This document shows, one piece after another, positions 59,186-64,000 of a stretch of DNA of 64,000 nt. Position numbers and translations under genes: made by a program. This DNA is from the human T2T-CHM13v2.0 reference genome, Homo sapiens, in assembly GCF_009914755.1 (NCBI RefSeq), contig NC_060936.1. One strand, given 5' to 3'. Numbering within the stretch: position 1 is the stretch's first letter; each line of letters begins with the position of its first letter. Under the pieces are notes generated by a model. The model was not told the DNA's origin, made no database searches, and saw only the letters and a program-made list of their open reading frames with translations.

Positions 59186-59408
59186 AGCCTGGGTAACAAA
59201 GCAAGACTCTGTCTCTACCAAAAATTTTAAAAATTAGCCAGGCCTGGTGGCATCCACCTGTATTCCCAGCTACTCTGGAGGCTGAGGAGGGAGGATTGCC
59301 AGAGCCCAGGAGTTCAAGGCTGCGATTAGCTGAGATCACACCACTGCACTGCAGCCTGGGTGAGACAGTGAGATCCTGTCTCTAAAAAAAAAAAAATTTA
59401 ATAAATAA
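59186..59408 (+). mobile_element. 5'-truncated AluJ
   Basis: Begins mid left arm; right arm and tail present. Confidence 0.82.
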
Positions 59409-60024
59409 AGAGAATGTGCACATGTATGTGTGCATATATGTGAGAGCATCTCTGGGTGAATAAGCATGCAAAGGCATAGCATGTGAGTGTGTAGGAGTGT
59501 CGGTGTGTGCTAATGTGTGTGTATGGGATGGGAGGGGGCAGCCTCTCCCCCGACCTGGGGTCAAGTGTAGAAGCCAAGGTCCCCTCTTCCCCACCTGACC
59601 CAATCAGCAGGGCCACCATCAACTGGAGTCATCCATTATTGGGCACCTACTGTATATAGGACCAGCACGTTCATCTTCACACTTATTCAATATAATAGGC
59701 AGGCTATTTCTTGAGCACCTACTATGCGCCAAGCCTCACACCAGGCACTGGGGATAGGAGATAAGTGAGACACAGTCCCTGGCCCTAAGATGCTTGCTGT
59801 CCAGTGGGGGAGGCAGCCATGGCACAGCTGAACTTGGCAGTAGACTGTAGGAGGTATCCTATGAGATTAAGTTCACAGCACTGGGAGGTGGGCTTCCTGG
59901 AGGAGGTGGCATTTGGGATTTGGCTTCCTGAGCATATGGGCTGTGTCTGGTTCATGCTGAACCCCTGCTCCCAGCTCAGTGCTGGGCACCATAGTTGTCC
60001 CCTCCGTGTTTGTTGAATGACTAT

Positions 60025-60392
60025 TGATACGGTATGGATGTGTCCCCAACCAAATCTCATCTCGAATTGTAATCCTAATTGTAATCCCCATGTGTTGGGG
60101 GAGGGACCTGGTGTGAGGTGATTGGATCATGGAGGCAGTTTCCCCCATGCTATTCTCGTGATAGTGAGTGAGTTCTCATGAGACCTGATGGTTTTATAAG
60201 TGGTGGTTTCCCTTGCTCTCTTCTCTCTCCTGCCACCTTGTGAAGAAAGTGCCTGCTTCCCCTTCGCCATGATTGTAAGTTTCCTGAGGCCTCCCCAACC
60301 AAGCAGAACTGTGAGTTGATTAAGCTTCTTCCTTTACAAATCACCCAGTCTCAGGGAAGTTCTTTATAGCAGTGTGAAAATGGACTAATACA
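60025..60392 (+). mobile_element. THE1 (THE1D-like) solo LTR with perfect 5-bp TSD ACTAT
   Basis: TG...CA termini; ACTAT at 60020-60024 and 60393-60397; typical THE1 body (ccatgattgtaagtttcctgaggcctcccc). Confidence 0.9.
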
Positions 60393-60677
60393 ACTATTGA
60401 TTAGAAAATGAGCAGGTTCTCAATAGGCAGAGTTAGTTGCGGGGAGAGTCAGCCCGCCGAGGGCCCAGAGACACGGAGGTAGGGAAGCCCAAGGCGTTTC
60501 GATTAGGGCCTTTTTGGAGATCCTCGGCTAGGAGAAAGAGCACATACTTAGGAATCAGGCAGTTCTGGGGGGAACCTGGCCCCAGGACTTATGTGCTTGC
60601 TGGGTGACTCTTGGCAAGTTTCTTAACCTCTCTGATCCTATTTTCTCACCTCCAAAGTGGAGCCTCAGGTGACCTAT

Positions 60678-61047
<370 letters not shown>

Positions 61048-61438
61048 TAAACACACAAATGAGTGAAAAGAATAGAATCATGAACTTTTATGAACCCATC
61101 ACGTAACGTGAGCAATCACCAACATTTTGCCATTCTGGTTTGAAGACATTAAAATGGCCATTAAAGTCAGCACGGAGTGGAGACAATAGAACAGCTCTGA
61201 CCAAGTTAGGGCCCTTGGGCAGTAATAACTCTGCCAGGACCGCTGCCTGGCTGGCAGGGACTGGAGGCCACTGTTACTGCAAAGCGTGCCCCAGTTCCAG
61301 AGATGTCAAAATGTGAGTCTTGGTATTGATCAAATACAGCAGCAGAGAGGCCAGGCTGCATTTTACTTGAGACATGCAGTTAGTGACTAAACAGGGGGTC
61401 AGGCTTTTCCTCACTCAATTCTTTGGGAGTTTTTTTTG

Positions 61439-61469
<31 letters not shown>

Positions 61470-61540
61470 TGGTGTTTTCAGCCTCTCCCCACAACCAAAA
61501 CACAAACAGATGACCCTAGGATTATTAAGATCAAAAGCAG

Positions 61541-61833
61541 GGCCAGGCGCGGTAGCTCACGCCTATAATCCCAGCACTTCGGGTGGCTGAATCAGGGGTA
61601 TCACTTGAGGTCAGGAGTTCGAGACCAACTTGGCCAACATGGTGAAACCCCGTCTGTACTAAAACTACAAAATTAGCCAGGCTTGCTGGCGTGTGTCTGT
61701 AATCCCAGCTACTCAGGCGGCTAAGGCAGGAGAACCACTTGAACCCAGGAGTTGGAGGGTGCGGTGAGCTGAGATCACGCCATTGCACTCTAGCCTGGGT
61801 GACAGAGCAAAACTCCATCTCAAAAAAAAAAAA
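61541..61833 (+). mobile_element. AluS SINE with TSD aagatcaaaagc
   Basis: Flanking direct repeats. Confidence 0.9.
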
Positions 61834-62145
61834 GATCAAAAGCGCTCGTGGAGTGGAGAGATACCAGCTGTTGTAGGTGCAGTCAGGGAGGCTCTAGGAG
61901 GAGGTGACTTGAGCCAAGATCTAATTAGTGCACAAAAAGAATAAATGCTCCAGGCAGAGGAATTGTCAAGAGGTGGCCTTTAGGTCCAGGGAACTGGCTG
62001 AAGATCAATGCGGTTTGTGTGCACATGCTGGGGATGACGGGAGAAGCAGGAAATGGGGCCGGGAAGTCAGGGAAATCCACTCTGGGCCTTGGAGGCCATG
62101 TGAGAGCCTTTGACATGAGCTTGAGAGCAGTGCTAGCTATTGGGG

Positions 62146-62727
62146 GTTTTTGGTGTTTTGTTTTGTTTTTTAAATTTTTAAAATTTCAATAGCTTTAGGG
62201 GTACAAGTGGTTTTTGGTTACATGGATGAGCTGTGTAGTGGTGAAGTCTGGGATTTTAGTGTACCCAGCACCCAAATAGAGTACATTGTACCCAATAGGT
62301 AGTTTTTCATTCCTCACCCCCCTTCTAACCTCCCCTTCTGAATCTCCAGTGTCCGTTAGACCATTCCACATGCCTTTGCATACCCACAGCTTAGCTCCCA
62401 CTTATAAGTGAGAAGATGTGATATTTGGTTTTCCATTCCTGAGTTACTTCACTTGGGTTAATGGCATCCAGTCCCACCCAAGTTGCTGCAAAAGACACGT
62501 TTCCATTTTTTATGGCTGAATAGTATTCCATGGTGTATATATATACCACATTTTCTTTATCTGCTCATCAGTTGATGGGCACTTAGGTTGATTCCAAATA
62601 TTTGCTATTGTGAATTGTGCTGCCATAAACATTATGTGTGCATGTGCCTTTTTGATAGAATGACTTCTGTTCCTTTGGGTAGATACCCAGCAGTGGGACT
62701 GCTGGATTGAATGGTAGATCTACTTTT
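62146..62727 (-). mobile_element. L1PB-like 3' end
   Basis: ggggtacaagtggtttttggttacatggatga...gctcccacttataagtgagaa...cccagcagtgggactgctggattgaatggtag. Confidence 0.82.
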
Positions 62728-62728
62728 A

Positions 62729-63382
62729 ATTTTTTTTTTTTTTTGAAATGGAGTCTCGCTCTGTTGCCCACCCTGGAATTGCAGTGGCACGTTTTCAGCT
62801 CACTGCCACCTCCACCTCCTGGGTTCAAGCAATTCTCCTGCCTCAGGCTTCTGAGTAGCTAGGACTACAGGCATGAGCCACCACACCTGACTAATTTTTG
62901 TATTTTTAGTAGAGATGGGGTTTCACCATGTTGGCCAGGCTGGTCTCAAACTCCTGACCTCAAGTGATCCACCCGCCTCAGTCTATATATATATATATAA
63001 AATATTATATATATAATATAATTATATATATATAATATAATAATATAATATATATATAATATAATTATATTATATATATATATATATTTTTTTTTAAGAA
63101 ACAGAGTCTTGCTCTGTCCCATAAGCTGTAGTGCAGTGGCATGATCATCTCACTGCAGCCTTAAATTCCTGGACTCAAGCGATCCTCTTGCCTCAGCCTC
63201 CTGAGTAGCTGGAACTACAGGCACTTGCCAACATGCCCGGGCTAATTTTTAATTTTTTTGTAGAGACAGGGGTCTGGCTGTGTTGCCCAGGCTGGTCTCG
63301 AACTCTGAGGCTACAGCGATCTTCCTACCTGGGACCTCCCAAAGTGCTAGGATTACAGGCACGAATCATCATATCCAGCCTA
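62729..63382 (-). mobile_element. AluS, AT-rich (TA)n tract (62984-63087) and AluJ
   Basis: Two antisense Alus separated by a TA-rich tail. Confidence 0.88.
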
Positions 63383-64000
63383 GGTTTTCATTTTTAAAAG
63401 AGCCAGTGTTCTTTTCTTCCAGAGGTATAATAATGCCATGCTCACCCCCCATGATGGAAACCCCCAGGCCTGGGTCTTCACCCTCTCTGCCCCCCTTTCC
63501 TTGGTAGGCCCCTGGCATGGCTTCATCACTTCACCACCTTCTATGTGCTGGGGATGCCCCCGTTTCTATCCCCAGCCCAGGCCTCACCCCCAAGCTCAAG
63601 GATCATGTGTCCAGCTGGTCACCCAACCTCGCCAGCAGGCATTGCACACTCACCAAGTCCCAAACCGACCCCTGGACACTCCCTAACCCTGACCTGTTTC
63701 CTCCTGAGTCTTCCTCTTCTCGGTTAGCAGCAGCTTCATCCTGCGAGGCCCAAACCTTTCCTCTCTTGCTTACCCTGAATGGCTGATCCATCAGCCAGTC
63801 CTGTCAGTGTTACCTCCTATCTACATCCGGAATCTGCCACTTCTCACCACCTCCATCACTACTGCCCACGCTGGACCACGCCCCCATCCTCCCGAGCCTC
63901 GCCACTGGCCTTCCTACCTCCATCTTTGCTCCATTCTTAGTCTATTCTTCTCATGACTACCAGATGGAACCTTTACAGAGATAAGGCAGCTTGTTACTCC

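Overview
Human (primate) genomic DNA, + strand, recognised as the 3' part of the mevalonate kinase gene MVK (chr12q24.11 from recall). Coding exons 4-11 lie at 695-17469, all with GT-AG junctions, and translate to residues E76-L396 with no change from the reference protein as I recall it. A proximal AATAAA is at 18133. The remaining ~45 kb has no credible protein-coding gene. It is dense in Alu, MIR/L2, old L1, MaLR LTRs and DNA-transposon fossils, and holds about ten short non-repeat, AT-rich, homeodomain-motif-rich islands that look like conserved enhancers, plus a ~2.1 kb CAC/CAT array. Best observations: (1) an antisense L1PA in MVK intron 5 carrying a 53-bp 3' transduction inside one TSD pair, which also puts an ATTAAA on the MVK sense strand; (2) a tailless, TSD-flanked 5S rRNA retropseudogene nested in a Charlie1 transposon; (3) a consensus CTCF site just after MVK, facing the enhancer-like islands; (4) a 16-bp-stem hairpin with three TGACAG sites in intron 9. 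Apart from the MVK exons and one L1 ORF2 remnant, the listed ORFs look like repeat or low-complexity artefacts. I see no clear new gene system. Repeat boundaries and subfamilies are by eye and approximate.
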